The notes under the pieces were generated by a model. That model was not told the origin of the DNA, ran no database searches, and saw only the letters and a list, made by a program, of their open reading frames with translations. Made by a program: the position numbers and the translations under genes. From the NCBI GenBank assembly GCA_036867785.1, contig CP145413.1:1178001-1242000 (forward strand): 64,000 nt of DNA, written 5' to 3'. The first letter of the stretch is position 1, and each line of letters starts with the position of its first letter. Source of the DNA: Plasmodiophora brassicae (Eukaryota). Below are positions 21,000 to 33,787 of this stretch, piece by piece.

Positions 21000-23883
21000 T
21001 CAGGCGTAGTCGCCGACTGCAATGTCTGCATGGACGAACTCAGTGAAGCTGTGTGCATGCCCTCGACCACCTAGCAATTTCGAAAGCTCGCCGTGATCGA
21101 GCTGGACGAGGTCGGCAAGGCAGTTTGCACGTTTCAGGACAGCGTTGACGTTGTTGGAGTTGATTCCTGGCAGACGTCTGAGGATATCTCCGGCGACGTA
21201 AGCAGACGCGTCCGGGGCCTCGCCATCATCGGGGCAGGTGATCGTCGCCGCCGTTGCAACGTCAGGCTGCGGATTGCCCATCTTCAGCCGCGAGAATATC
21301 GAGGCGGTAGCGAGTGGGCCCCTGCTCCAGATGATCCTGACTTGGGGGAACGTTAGGCAGACGAGTGCAAGTTTCCCACACGTGACGGAGAGAAGCGGAC
21401 CTCCCGAGCGTGGATTTACGTCCTGTTGCAGGCAGAACGCTTGCGTTGGACTGAACTCAATCAGGAGAAAGGGGTGAGCATAAAACCGGATCATTGCCGT
21501 CAGCTGGGTGAAAAGCCGTCCAGAATTCAGCGACTGGAACAGATCGGAGATGCTCTTCCGTTCAACGCATATCTGTGGCGTCAGAACGTAATCGCCAACC
21601 TCCAGAGTCACCGGAATGACATGAATGTCACGTTCGTACAGCACGCCTGGAAGCGAACTTCGGAACTCGCGAATGTCGATAATTACGGTCCGTTGGTCAG
21701 CGGCCTGTGGAATACCGCCTTTTCGAGTAGAAACGGTCGGCTGAGCAGGCGCGCGCGTTTCCTCGTCGTCAGCTGGCATCACGAGTCGGGATTTCCGGTG
21801 AGCCAGAGACTCGAAAGCACCGCATTCCTGGCGTATCTGTCGCTGGTGCGTAGCATCTTCAATAGAACCCTCGTACGTCACAGTGTACACTCGACGCAGC
21901 AGATGCGGGGACCTCGACTTGTACATTTCAAGCTACGAAATTGCATGCAAATGATTCAAAAGCCACGAGAAACGCAGAACCGTAATCGTACCTGGCGCAA
22001 CGTCCCAATGTCGGGATCGTAGACGATGGCGAAAGCAGGCTAAGCGACGTTCCGTGTCAGTGTTGGACCTCATGAAACACGCAATGCGGCCGTACGTTGA
22101 TGGTGTCAAGGGGAATGCAGCCGCTGCCTTTCGCCCAGAACATGATAGAGATACCGCGTTGCTCTTCCAGGACCTCCACAGCCTTGGACTGCGCCGAACG
22201 TTTCACGATTGACTGCAAAGAAGGTACCGACGAATTCGGGGATGGTTCTGCCACCGGAGGCGCAGGCGGCTTTGACACCTTAGCACGCTTTCTCGTTCTG
22301 GTGGGAGGATTCCTCTGCGGCAAGGACTTCGTCGATGATGACGCCGACTTGACACCGAAGCGCGCTAACGTTGCCTGGCGAGGACCCGGCTGCCCAAGTT
22401 TCAGGTACTCTTGACGCAGAAGAGCACGTTCACGTCGGCGCGCGGCAAACGCGTCTTCCGAGGCTTCTTCTTCATCGTCACGCTCAGTCGCAGTTGAAAC
22501 GGCGTCCAGCCGCATGCTTTTCAGAAACTGTAGCCACCGACGCTGCAGGAAGGCCTGATCTCCAGTTTCGAGTATCTCAGAAGCTGTCAGACACGCGGCC
22601 TGATCAGCACAGATGACGAGAATAGGACCAGAGCAAGGAAGTTCCTCGGATTCGATCTCGCCCAAGATCTGACGAAGGATCGACCATTTCGGGTTGGGCT
22701 GAAGGGCCACTCGCAGCTGATTGTTCGCGACTGAGTAGATACGACGTTTGGCAAGCTGAAACAACCGGTCGGCTTGATCAGTAAGTAGCCACTGCGAGTG
22801 CTGCGGGCGTTCCGTCCCTCGGATGGACAGCAGAAATCGATAGAAAGAAACGCAGTCGAGCTGAACCAAGAGAACAAAGAGCTTGCGAAGCAAGCTGACG
22901 TCGTTCAACAGTTGCTTTGTCTTCGGGCCAACAAGGTGCCACCGTTTCTGCAACTGCCGCCGCAGGCGCCGTTCAATATCGGCTGAAAACACGTCGTCGT
23001 CCTCGGTGACGTCTGCGACGTCTTCGTTGGCCAGGTACCGTTTCGCAGACGTAATTAACTCAGAAAGAGCAACACGAACGACAACCTTGATAGCGTTGTG
23101 AAGTTGCTCCTGCTGTCTGGACAGCTGGACGAACACACCGACACTGTCGATTGGCGTACGAGCGACGGCAGCGTCGAGCCTCGTTCGGAAGCGCGGCCAG
23201 AGGTGAACATGCTGAACACGACTGCACGCCACAACATGCTCCAAGCGGGAGCCACCTTCGAACGCGGCGGCATTACACGTGATCAGCTTGATAAACGGGC
23301 GATGCGGAAACGGGCGGCATTTGTCCCGCAGTAGGCGAAGGACGAGCGCCTCCTTAGAACCAGGAACAACGCAGTGCGCATCAAGAATGACGACGCCCTT
23401 GACGAGGTTCGCAGGAAGAACGCCGTTAATCATATCAAGCGAGGCAGTCGCCAGCGACATGGCAACCACACGACCAGCTATGTACAAACGTTGGCGGGAA
23501 GACGCCGGGATTGCCGAGCTCGCCATTCGCGACATGACCAGCGATGGGCGAAGCGCCCCGCGAATGTCGTCGGCGACAACATCATCATTCACGTTGAACA
23601 GAAGAACCAGGTCGGTTGGGCGAGTGCCCGCTCGCCGAATGCACTCCGCGACGACGAACGCAGGGTTGATCCCGTCGCTCAACACCACCAGGCAATCATG
23701 ATCGGGGGCGGCGACCTCCAACGCCACTTCCGCATCCGCCGAGACCTCGGGCCCGCCCTCGATCCACGCGCTGTCATCGTCCTCCACCACCAGCACGTCG
23801 TCGTCGTCGTCGGCGTCGTCGTCGACAATGTCGAACAGAACCTCCTCGTTGGCTCCGTCGTCCTCCGCGATCTCGCCCACCAT
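21000..23883 (-). CDS. ERCC4: DNA repair endonuclease XPF/Rad1 (ERCC4), multi-exon
   Basis: Helicase-like N-terminus (LWPRFR, NPKWSIL), VSTRKGG, IIDIREFRSSLP, LEVGDYVL, VERKSISDLFQSLNSGRL, HhH LRRLPGI. Confidence 0.95.
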
Positions 23884-24159
23884 TATGCCGAGTGACAGTC
23901 CGGAGCTGCGCCGCGCCACTCGCCAGCCCAGCTGCCGTCAGGGCGATTCGGTATTCGTTCATGCGAAAATGAACGAGCCGGGAGGGTGAACGCAGAGACA
24001 GCAGAGATCCAGATAGACCGCGTTAGGCGAAGAGCAGCGACGTCTCGTCGGGAGACGATTTCGATCCGGCGGGAGGAGTCGTTGTCGTTCGGAATCGTCA
24101 CGCGACACGCGTCAGGCGTTCCGGGTTCCGCGTGGCGCAGTTGCTGGCAGGTCCATCGC

Positions 24160-26747
24160 ATGGGAAAGGGACGGCGGCGGTCCGGTGGCGGACGTCGTTC
24201 CAGTGAGGTGGGTGTCGTCGTTGTGGACGACGACGAGTACGACGTGTTGAACCCGCGACCGGCGGTCGTGTCTGGGGAGCGGGCGGCGACCGCTGCGGAT
24301 GGCAACGCGGCGGTGGTCTGCTCTGTCAGCGCGCTGGAGTCGGCGCCGGCGAAATGGCGGGCGGTGGCAAGCACGATGACGCAAGCCCTTGTCCTGTGCA
24401 ACGCAACGGCCTGCCCACGCCTAGCACTGATCATGCCGTTCGGCATTCCATGCCAAATATGTCATGCGACCGTGAACAAGGTTCGTTCGTCCCCCGCCTG
24501 CAATCGAAATGTGCATCTGATCAGACACGGCGGTCAGGCTCATGGGTACGTCCCACGACATTACCTTGGCGACAATGCCTCCATGACGGGCACAGTTGAG
24601 CCGCTGTCAACGTCTCCATCGTTGGCGCTGTCGGTTCGCGCTGAACCGCTCGATGGAGTCGTGAATGACGATTTACGAAACCATGCACTACGATCTGCCA
24701 TGTCTGAAATTTACGGTACCTGTGTGCAGGCCGCCGTCGTCAATTTGACATTAATGCGCCTCTGCTGTCCAGTGATTCAAGGCCAGATCGTGTCAGTCGA
24801 CGTCCTTGGGCGGGCATTTCACTATCGGGTTGATGTGCAAGACCCCCGGCCGGAGAATGCCCAGCCAGTGTACCGACTGGGGACCTGCACGACCATCACC
24901 ATTGCGGTCGGGCCGTGTGACGCGTCGGCCGCAGGTGGTGTTGATCCTCCCGATGAAATGCCTGCGGATGCGTTCCCTGGCGTCGGTGGCCTGGCTGTCG
25001 AATTGATGTCGATTTGGCAGTACGCCTCGCTCTGCCTGTACAAGACGGAGCGCCTCGAACACATCGGCATTGCTGCGTCGTGCCGTGGATTGTTGCTGTA
25101 TGGACCGCCGGGCACAGGCAAATCCCTTATCGTGCGGCGCCTGGCGGCCGCTATGTCAGCAACGTTGCTTACCGTTAACGGTGCCGACTGCCTGTCTGGT
25201 GCTGTTGGCGAATCAGAACGCGCTCTTCGACGAATCTTCAGGGATGCTGCCTCTCGTCGACCATCCATAGTCTTTCTGTATGACGGGCGTGTTTGCATTC
25301 GCTATGCTCCACTGGTTGACCTGCGCAAATGTTAGAGACGAGATCGACCTCCTTTGTCCAGCAGCATCGAAAGATGACGGGGGCATGCATCAGCGACTCA
25401 CGTTTACGTTGACGTCGCTGTTCGATACGCTGCAACGAAGCGTCCTTGTGATCGCTGCAACAAACAGGCCCGATTCAGTCTCAGGACTGCTTCGCCGCCC
25501 TGGTCGGTTCGACCGAGAGGTCCTGATTGGCGTCCCGAATGCTGCTGACCGCCTGGCTATTCTCAAGGCTATCCTAAACGCCCAGGTCGGCGGACGTCTG
25601 TCTGACGTTTCGGACCAGGATCTTCAGAAGATCGCGGACGACGCGCATGGGTTCGTGGGTGCTGATCTTCGCGCTCTTGTGCAGGAAGCAGCGCTGTCAG
25701 CACTTCGGTCTGGTGGTGACACGCCCGTCATCACATCTGCTAATCTGAAACGCGCGTTGAACGTCATTCGACCTTCGGCGCTTCGAGAGACGGTCGTCGA
25801 GGTCCCCAAAGTTTTCTGGGACGATATCGGTGGTCAGGAAGCCGCCAAGGCTGCTCTGCGAGAAGTTGTCGAATGGCCACTCCGGCATCCTCAGGCGTTC
25901 GCCAGGCTTGGTGTTCGTCCACCGCGAGGTGTTCTTCTGTACGGTCCTCCCGGGTGCTCCAAGACTATGATGGCGAGGGCACTCGCAACGGAATCCTCGT
26001 TGAATTTTATCGCCGTGAAGGGTCCTGAGTTGCTCTCGAAATGGGTCGGAGACAGCGAGAAAGCCGTTCGAGACGTATTCGTTAAGGCGCGCGCGTCCGC
26101 GCCCACCATTATTTTCTTCGACGAAATCGACTCCATTGCGTCGGCCCGTGCTGGCATGGGAGGCGATTCATCGTCATCGTCGGGAGTGGGTGACCGTGTT
26201 CTAAGTCAACTGCTAAGTGAGCTCGACGGACTGGGGTCGTTTGGTGCCGCGCCTGTAATCGTGGTCGCTGCCACCAATCGCCCTGATGCACTTGACCCGG
26301 CAATATTGCGTCCGGGCAGGATTGACCGACTGTGCTACGTCGCCTTGCCTGACCGTACTGCTCGGGTTCAAATCGCGCGCCTGCATGCGTACGCCCAGGG
26401 AACGTTCCGGCATCCTGCAGCGCATACTGACTTATTACGAACAGGTCTAAGTATGCCTGGAAAGAACCTGTTGATGCGGAGGCGGTTGCTGATCGAACGC
26501 AAGGTTTCTCAGGGTGCGCTAGCGTCCCCTCGCTGATGCTGGCTTGTTGCTGACTTCGTGCAGGGCTGAGATCGGGGCTTTATGTCGAGAAGCTGCGCTG
26601 AAAGCACTGGAAGAGCATGACTTCTCCAATGCAGGTGGGATGCCTTTCATTGCACAGAGACATATTGAGGCAGCGCTGCGCGAAGCCAGGCCGCGGATCG
26701 CTCCGGAAACGATTGCATATTATGAAGCGTTCGCTGCCGGTCGATAA
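24160..26747 (+). CDS. Double-ring AAA+ ATPase, AFG2/SPATA5 (Drg1)-like, multi-exon
   Basis: Walker A GLLLYGPPGTGKS and GVLLYGPPGCSKT, VEVPKVFWDDIGG, IIFFDEID, AATNRPD, RPGR.DR. Confidence 0.9.
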
Positions 26748-26826
26748 ATGTCTAATGTCATAGACCACCGTCTGCGTCGAATGACACGTGATTTGTACCA
26801 TGGACAATGGAGACGGGTTTATATCT

Positions 26827-28287
26827 CTACATGTGGATGGGCTTGTCGTACGTGGCCATGGCGGCTTCGCGGAACGCCTCCGATAACGTCGGGTGGGCGT
26901 GACAGACTCGGGCAATGTCTTCAGATGACGCGCCGTATTCCATCGCCAGGCATCCTTCGGCGATCATCTCGCCGGCGTTGCATGCAATGATGTGTATGCC
27001 CAGAACGCGATCCGTCTTCTTGTCCGCCAGAATCTTGATAAGACCGTCGGTTTCCTGGTTCGTGCGCGCTCGACTGTTCGCCATCATGGAGAACTTCCCG
27101 ACGTTGTAAGCGACCTTCGCCTCTTTCAGTTGCTCCTCGGTCTTGCCAACGGACGCCACTTCTGGCGACGTGTAAATCACGCTTGGAATGACGTCGTAGT
27201 TGATGTGCCCATGCTTTCCAGCGAGGTGTTCTGCAACAGCTATGCCTTCGTCTTCTGCTTTGTGCGCCAGCATGGGGCCAGGAACGCAATCGCCAATGGC
27301 GTAGATCGATGGCACCTTCGTCTGCCAGTCCTTGCTGACGGTGATGAACCCACGCTTATCGGTGTCGATGCCGACGGCGTCAAGCCCGATGTCGCGAGTG
27401 AACGGTCGACGTCCGATGGCAACCAGAACAGCGTTAGCATCGATTTCGCTCGTCTCCCCACCTTTCACAGCTTCGACCTTGACAGTCACCTGGTCGTCGC
27501 CGTTCTTGGTGGCTCCCAGCACCTTGTGCCCCAGGCGAAACTTCATGCCTTGCTTCTCCAGCAACCGTTGGAATTGCTTAGCGATCTCTCCATCGAGGCC
27601 AGGCGTGATCCGGTCGAGGAACTCAACGACGGCCACCTCAGACCCAAGCCGCTTGTAGACGGATCCCAGCTCCAGGCCGATGACGCCCGCCCCGATGACG
27701 ACCAGCTTCTCAGGGATCCCCTTGAGGCTCAGCGCCCCCGTCGACGAAACAATCGTCGTCTCGTCAATGTCAATGCCGGGGAGGGGCGTGACCTCGGACC
27801 CGGTGGCGATTAGGATCTTGCTCGCGTCGATCTTCTCCTTGCCCCCTCCATCCGATAGCTCGACTTCAACGGACGTCGGGCCGGTGATCCGCCCGAAACC
27901 CTTGACGTACGTCACCTTGTTCTTCTTGAACAATCCTTCAATGCCCGATGTCAGGCCTTTAACGGCGTTTGCCTTCGCCTCCATCATCTTCGGGAAATCA
28001 ACGGACAGCCCGTCGAATTTGATGCCGTGTTTGGTGAAATCGTGCTGGGCCTCATGGAACTTGTGCGACGCGTTCAGGAGCGCCTTCGACGGGATGCATC
28101 CGACGTTCAGGCACGTGCCGCCCAGCGTGCCCCGCGACTCGACGCATGTCACGGACAGGCCGAGCTGGGCGGCCTTGATCGCCGCCACGTACCCGCCGGG
28201 CCCGGCACCCAGCACGACCAGGTCCACCTTCCCCGATAGGTGCCGAAGGCCTCGGCCCCGACTCCATGACGATGCCACCCGCAGCAT
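26827..28287 (-). CDS. DLD: Dihydrolipoamide dehydrogenase (E3), mitochondrial, intronless
   Basis: [32 protein letters not shown] redox disulfide, [21 protein letters not shown]. Confidence 0.97.
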   Translation of the reverse strand: MLRVASSWSRGRGLRHLSGKVDLVVLGAGPGGYVAAIKAAQLGLSVTCVESRGTLGGTCLNVGCIPSKALLNASHKFHEAQHDFTKHGIKFDGLSVDFPKMMEAKANAVKGLTSGIEGLFKKNKVTYVKGFGRITGPTSVEVELSDGGGKEKIDASKILIATGSEVTPLPGIDIDETTIVSSTGALSLKGIPEKLVVIGAGVIGLELGSVYKRLGSEVAVVEFLDRITPGLDGEIAKQFQRLLEKQGMKFRLGHKVLGATKNGDDQVTVKVEAVKGGETSEIDANAVLVAIGRRPFTRDIGLDAVGIDTDKRGFITVSKDWQTKVPSIYAIGDCVPGPMLAHKAEDEGIAVAEHLAGKHGHINYDVIPSVIYTSPEVASVGKTEEQLKEAKVAYNVGKFSMMANSRARTNQETDGLIKILADKKTDRVLGIHIIACNAGEMIAEGCLAMEYGASSEDIARVCHAHPTLSEAFREAAMATYDKPIHM

Positions 28288-28672
28288 GGCGATTTCGACA
28301 ATGCGTTTTTGACGTTCAGACACGCGTTTTTGTCAGAAGTCAACTCTGCCCATGCTTAGATTTTGCCATTTTGGAGCGCCCTTGCTGGAGTGCGGCTCCG
28401 TCGCAACTGGTACGGAACTGGCGAACTGCAGCTGCGTGCGCAGCGCACGCAGCTGCCAGTGGCAGCGTCCGCACCGCGCGCACGGGCAAGTGGCAGCTGC
28501 AGTCCGCACCGCGCGTCATAGTTGAAGGTTCCCCCCAAAGGCGCATCCGCGATGTTGAAGGTTGCCGCCCAAGCGTTCGCCCCGCGCAGCGTGCGCAGCG
28601 TCCTCCCCGGAACTCGTCCGGCATCGGGCAATCGCGGCCATGTCTGCAGTGGGCCCGCGTGCTCGCACGCTG

Positions 28673-28782
28673 CCCACGGCGCACGCGCACACGCCTGCTC
28701 GGGACCGGCATGCCCGCACCCGTCCCACGGCGCACGCGCACACGCCTGCTCGGGACCGGCGTGCCCGCACCCGTCCCACGGC
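28673..28782. repeat. 51-bp tandem repeat (2 copies + partial)
   Basis: cccacggcgcacgcgcacacgcctgctcgggaccggc(a/g)tgcccgcacccgt at 28673-28723 and 28724-28774. Confidence 0.9.
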
Positions 28783-29003
28783 CACGTTTGCGTCGGGCAA
28801 CGCTGCCAACACCCTACGCACATGTCTCGCATCACCCAAGCCAGCGACCAGCACTGCTGTGGCCCCACCTGCGCGCACTAGATCCCTCTAATCATCAATA
28901 CCCGTTTGCATCGTTTCTCTTCTCTGTTGCGCTGCTGCCTACAATGCGTAGTGTACTACAGACAGTCGCTCAGTGTGCAGCTCACAAAACGCCGTCGGTG
29001 ATC

Positions 29004-29941
29004 ATGACGACCGCGACGATTCCGATCGTGGATTTGTCGCGACCGCGCGAACATGTTCTGCGCCAGTGGCATGACGCGTTCGCCACGAACGGGTTCGCGA
29101 TCGTCACGGGGCACGGTGTCGCGCGCGCGACAGTCGCCGACCTGTACGCGAGCGCGCGCGCCTTCTTCGAGGGCAACGCCCCGGACGCGAAGATGGCGTT
29201 CGCGCACGACGGTGACGCGTATGGCCCACCGGGGTACACGCCCGTGGGCGGCGAGGCCGTCGCCGGCAAAGGCCACGGTGCCGACCCTGTTGAATCGCTA
29301 GTCCTGCACCATGGTGGGTCGCCGCCTGATCGCGTCCCGGCCTCGATACGCGAGGCCACGTTGCCGTACTGGACCGCAATGCATACCTTGCTGTCCAACA
29401 TCATGTCCATATCCGCATCCGCACTACGCCTGCCCGAGTCGTACTTTCAGGATTTCTACAACCCAGCGTAAGTGCTTCCTCCCGTCTGTGCCTCAGATCT
29501 GATCCGCAATGGTCTAGGCATTGCTCGCTGCGCTTGGCGTACTACGCTGCTGGCAGGGAGGCGAATCGGGACCGGTATGGGCCACATACGGATTACACCG
29601 GCTTCACGATCCTGTGTCGGGACGAGGTCCCCGGTTTGGAGGTGCTGATCAATGGGGAGTGGGTGCCAGTCCCGTTCGTCCCGGATTCGTTCGTGGTCAA
29701 TGCGGGCGACCTGATCCAGCGCTGGACGAACGACGTGTGGAAGTCCAACGTTCATCGAGTCGCACCGGTGGCGGCGTCGCGATCGCGCCTGTCGATGGTG
29801 TTCTTCACTGGCCCTAGGCATGACGCCGTTATAACGCCGCTCGAGTGCTGCTGTTCTACCGACAATCCGCCCCGGTACGACCCGATCACTGCCGGTGAAC
29901 ACCTCCAGCGCAAGCTCGCCGCATCGAACCCATCGAAGTGA
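29004..29941 (+). CDS. 2-oxoglutarate/Fe(II) dioxygenase (IPNS/DIOX_N family), 2 exons
   Basis: IPIVDLS, GFAIVTGHGV, intron 29469-29517, HTDY (HxD), NAGDLIQRWTND, SNVHRV, RLS (RxS). Confidence 0.92.
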
Positions 29942-29946
29942 ATGTC

Positions 29947-31036
29947 TCACTGGCCGAGATCTTCGTTAACAATGAGGCTAAGGAGGTAGTCGGGGCCCAT
30001 TCTGGACTTGTCGGCGGCGTTCTTCGCATCGAGATCGCGTTGTCGCGCCAGCGCCCTGTCGCGCAGGTAGACAGCGAATCGCCGGTCAACGATCTCCATG
30101 CCGACAAGGATGATAACGGCACCGATGAGGGAACAGGCTAGAGCGATGTCGAACTTGCGCCAGGCATTCGCGATCATCTGCGCTCGAGCATCCGTGTAGG
30201 TGTACGTGACCTCCCCGAACCAGTTCGTTCCGTCGTTCGTCAGCTGTCGTGACGATTCAGAACAAGGCGGTACAACCTAGGGACGTCATGGTTACGAACC
30301 TGAACGGGGGCGGCACCTGTGAATCCATCGCGACGAACAGGGGCGATCGCGTGTATTTCTGTGCTGGATACGAAGGTGCACGAGGGGCGTTGCTGGACGA
30401 TAGTCCCGAATCGGCACTGTAGCCCTGTCGTGTTCTGGAATTGGCGTCCAGTGACGACGACCGGGACCGGTTGCCGATTGTCGCCTCCGGTCGGCTCGAC
30501 CTGGACGATTTGTGGTGGGTCTGCTGCATAGTGTTAAACGTCGTCGGCAGACAGGGATGGCGTCAAATCACCTTCGACAGAGATCGAAATGACGTTTGGT
30601 TGGCTGGACGTCATGTTGCCATCGTGCCAGGACACGACGAACCCCAGCGTGACTGACCGTGGGTCGCGGCTGATGCCCTGTGGGATGCCAGCGACCTGGA
30701 GGTTGGCCGGTGTCGTGTCGGACAGGTTGTGGAAGACGAGTTGTGCAGTGGGCAGAGTGATGGACGGGGTGTCGGCATCAGAACGGATGACGGATACGAA
30801 GACGTCGGAAGCGATCGGACATGTCAACGATACGGTGACGTTAGTGGCCGGCGCGCTGGACAGGATGGTGAGGTGCGGCGACGAGGCGACGATGATCGCG
30901 CACGCGAGCTCGCTTGTTGCCGACGCTGATGCATGAACTGCCAACACGCAAGTCAACCGCTCGATCGTGAAGGGCGAAGGCATCAGCGTCACACACCTAC
31001 GACGACGGAGGCGATGATCAGCGCCACGGTAGCCAT
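29947..31036 (-). CDS. IPT/TIG-domain type I membrane protein, multi-exon
   Basis: Signal-like MATVALIIASVVVG; spliced exon PPQIVQVEPTGG..VVVTGRQF..LQCRFG..FVSSTEIHAIAP..LTNDG; C-terminal TM IALACSLIGAVIILVGM. Confidence 0.7.
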
Positions 31037-31804
31037 GGACCCCTACTTAAACATAGTGCGACCTGTTGGCGTACCTTCGGGATACCTCAATGTGGTTCCA
31101 GGATGTTGTGCACAAACGCCTGCACGTCCATTATCATTCGAGGTCGGTTCACGCATGGCAGCTAGCAGCTGGTCCGCAACGCCTTTCGAGCAACGACCGA
31201 ATTGACTATTTGCTAACGGCGCTCTGACGCCGGTTACCAATAGTTCTGGCGTCAAGGCTCCGGTTATGCTAACTGGACGCTCTGCAGCCGGGTCCTCAGG
31301 CAATGCATGAGGACATACACATCGCCGATGCGCGCGGCTCCATACCTGATTCCACTCCAGATGGGCACGCTGGCCCACCCGCCAGGCATTGCCGGAGGAC
31401 TGTGCCCCAGAGAGCGTTTCCGGTTTTACATGGCGGTGGAAGCCTTGATGATGGAACGCGATCATGCTCGGATAGTTCTTGATCAACAGTTTTCGCTGAT
31501 CCTGCCTGACGGGCCTGACGATGATGCCAGGGTGTGTGGGTGGGCATACATGCGATGACCCGCTGACTGGAACGCTCCACGGCAAACACGGACACGGACT
31601 CAGGGAAGTGTTGCTCACTCGGCTCTGACGACACGGCACCGCATTTCCATTTCGAACGCATTGGACGCGCTTGCCCGGGCTGCCGAGCATGTAGCCTTAT
31701 AACCGGTAGTGGTCTCTAGGAAAACGTAACCTGGTTTCAGAATTATGACATGTTGCCAGACGTACATAGGCAGCGCGTGTTGGCCTGTCTGTCAGTCTGC
31801 GGAC

Positions 31805-31844
31805 TCCGTGGCGGACACGGTAACTCCGTGGCGGACATGGTAAC
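31805..31844. repeat. 20-bp tandem duplication
   Basis: ctccgtggcggacacggtaa / ctccgtggcggacatggtaa. Confidence 0.8.
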
Positions 31845-31889
31845 CATGACTGTACCTGGCACGAGCGAGGTCTCTCTGCAAGCGACCAA

Positions 31890-33671
31890 GGTTGGCCAGT
31901 TATCCCGCCGTCGGCAATGCACCTGATGCGATATTTGACATTACGTCTGTGCAGGCGGTCGTGGTTGCTGGCGTTGTGGACTGCGAACTGCTTGATGGGT
32001 GCTGCAGCGTCTTTGGTTACGATTTCAGGCAGGGCGTCATCAGAATTACGTCCGAGCCTCATGCCCGAGTGGCTGTCACTGCCATTACTGATTCCAGACT
32101 CGTGTTCCGACCGGTCGACGGCACGACCTTCTCGGTGGTACGAAACTGCATTGGGTTGCGACGGGGTCTACGCTGACCATTAGGATAGATTCCAGAAGAG
32201 GAAGAAGGCGTGGAAGGCGAAATGCTTCAGTGCCCAGATGCCTGGTTCCAGATATGTGACCGTATCGTCTCAGGTTGCCATAGATGGCGCTCCAACCAGT
32301 CCGCACGTTTCTCACTTTGCTTAGGTGTTCCCGAGGGCGGCGATGACGGCCTGCGTATTCTGATCCAGGGCCCTGGCTCCTCAGGAAAGTCCACACTTTC
32401 CAGATTCGTCACGAACCGATTTTTGAGCCGGTATTCCGAGCATACCTGTTTTCCAGATGTGGTCTTACTGGGGCCCGTGATTGCCTAGTGTCCCTCAAGT
32501 TGCCTACTTGGACTGCGATGTGGGACAGTCAGAATTCACGCCCTGTGGGAATGTCTCCGTTATTGTTGTTCGCAAGCCTGTGTTTGGGCCCCCGTACTCG
32601 CATCAACTCGCCCCTCAATTGTTAGTTGTCCAGTGTCCGCACATCGATGGTTGCTGACGAGTGTGTGTGTGTGTGTCTGTCAGTTCTGTTCACATTGGAG
32701 ACGTCACACCTATTTCGAACGTGCGGTACTACATTGATGCCATTCGCAAACTGCTGGATACGTTCGATGGCTCCTGCCCGCTTGTGGTGAACACGATGGG
32801 CTGGGTGGACGGCCTTGGTGCCGATCTGCTAGCCGCCGTCACCGGCCTGTGCCGGCCCCAACACATCATCCAGATCAGCCCATCGACCGACAGTGCACCA
32901 CCGCGGCTTCCTTCGTACCGGCCGTTCGAGTTCCATCATGTAGCCGCGTTGTACCTCGGCCTTGTACAGGGCAGCTTACAGTATCCCATGACAGGTATCC
33001 AGCCAGACAAGAGGCAAGCGTCCCCAGGCGGCTCCGAGCCCCAGGGAGTACCGGTCCATGGGTCTTGCGGCGTACTTTCTTCCAGATCGCTCTCCTTTCG
33101 CTGGTCTGAACAACGTCGCATCTTCCATCACATCATTGTCTGTGTAACCTGGCCCGATTAACGAGCATTATATGAACGAGTGTATAGGCCTGCGTATCGC
33201 ATCAAGTTTGACGACATCCGGGTTCGAGACTTGAGTGGGGAAGCGTTGCACACGTCGGAAAAGGCCCTGTACTGGCTGAATGGGAGCCTGGTCGCCCTCG
33301 CCGTGGAAGTTGACGAACAGGACCCGTTTCCGAACTGCCTTGGGCTAGGCATCGTTCGTGCTGTTGACCTCAACGACCAGTGCCTTTACGCTACGACGCC
33401 TCTTTCGCTGGACCAACTCGAGGCGGTCACCTGCATCATCCGGGGCAGCATTGGCATTCCCGCCGACATCGCGTTGCAGGTGACGGTGCTGTGTGTGTGT
33501 TCGTCACGGTGGCAGTCCCGACTCACCCAACGCGAATAGGCGGACGCGAGCTCGCTGTTCCACCAACCGTACAAGCGGGCGCATCCGGCTTCCAACGCGC
33601 TGGGCTCGTTCGAGATGAAAACGAGGCATAATGTGCAGAGGCATCGAGGCGCGGACGCTGACGGAGCGTGA
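31890..33671 (+). CDS. NOL9: Polynucleotide 5'-hydroxyl kinase NOL9/Grc3 (Clp1 family), multi-exon; start uncertain (upstream exon likely)
   Basis: ILIQGPGSSGKST, YLDCDVGQSEFTP, VFGPPYSH, PLVVNTMGWVDGLG, NGSLVAL, CLGLGIVRAVD. Confidence 0.85.
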
Positions 33672-33787
33672 CGGTGAAGGCCTACAGTAATATAAGGCGT
33701 GCACATTCGACGGGCCCGACCATGCCGGTGCTGTGTCTTCACTGAGCAGCACTTGCTGCATCAATCGTATTGGAACTAAGCCTGCAA

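Noticed and set aside
13661-27813. Long antisense/alternate-frame ORFs over PUB, E2, XPF and DLD
   Set aside because: Shadow ORFs expected from high GC3 codon bias.
16675-28287. PDH E2 and E3 (and G6PD) as a metabolic gene cluster
   Set aside because: Separated by four unrelated genes and on opposite strands; chance proximity in a compact genome is sufficient without synteny data.
1990-29941. Ethylene pathway made of the ACS-like domain plus an ACC-oxidase-like dioxygenase
   Set aside because: The genes are ~26 kb apart with unrelated genes between; the PLP domain is better explained by its fusion context, and dioxygenase specificity is unknown.
31150-31700. Possible small + strand gene or extra NOL9 exons (ERFRFYMAVEALMMERDHAR...)
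   Set aside because: Could not build a consistent gene model or recognise a family.
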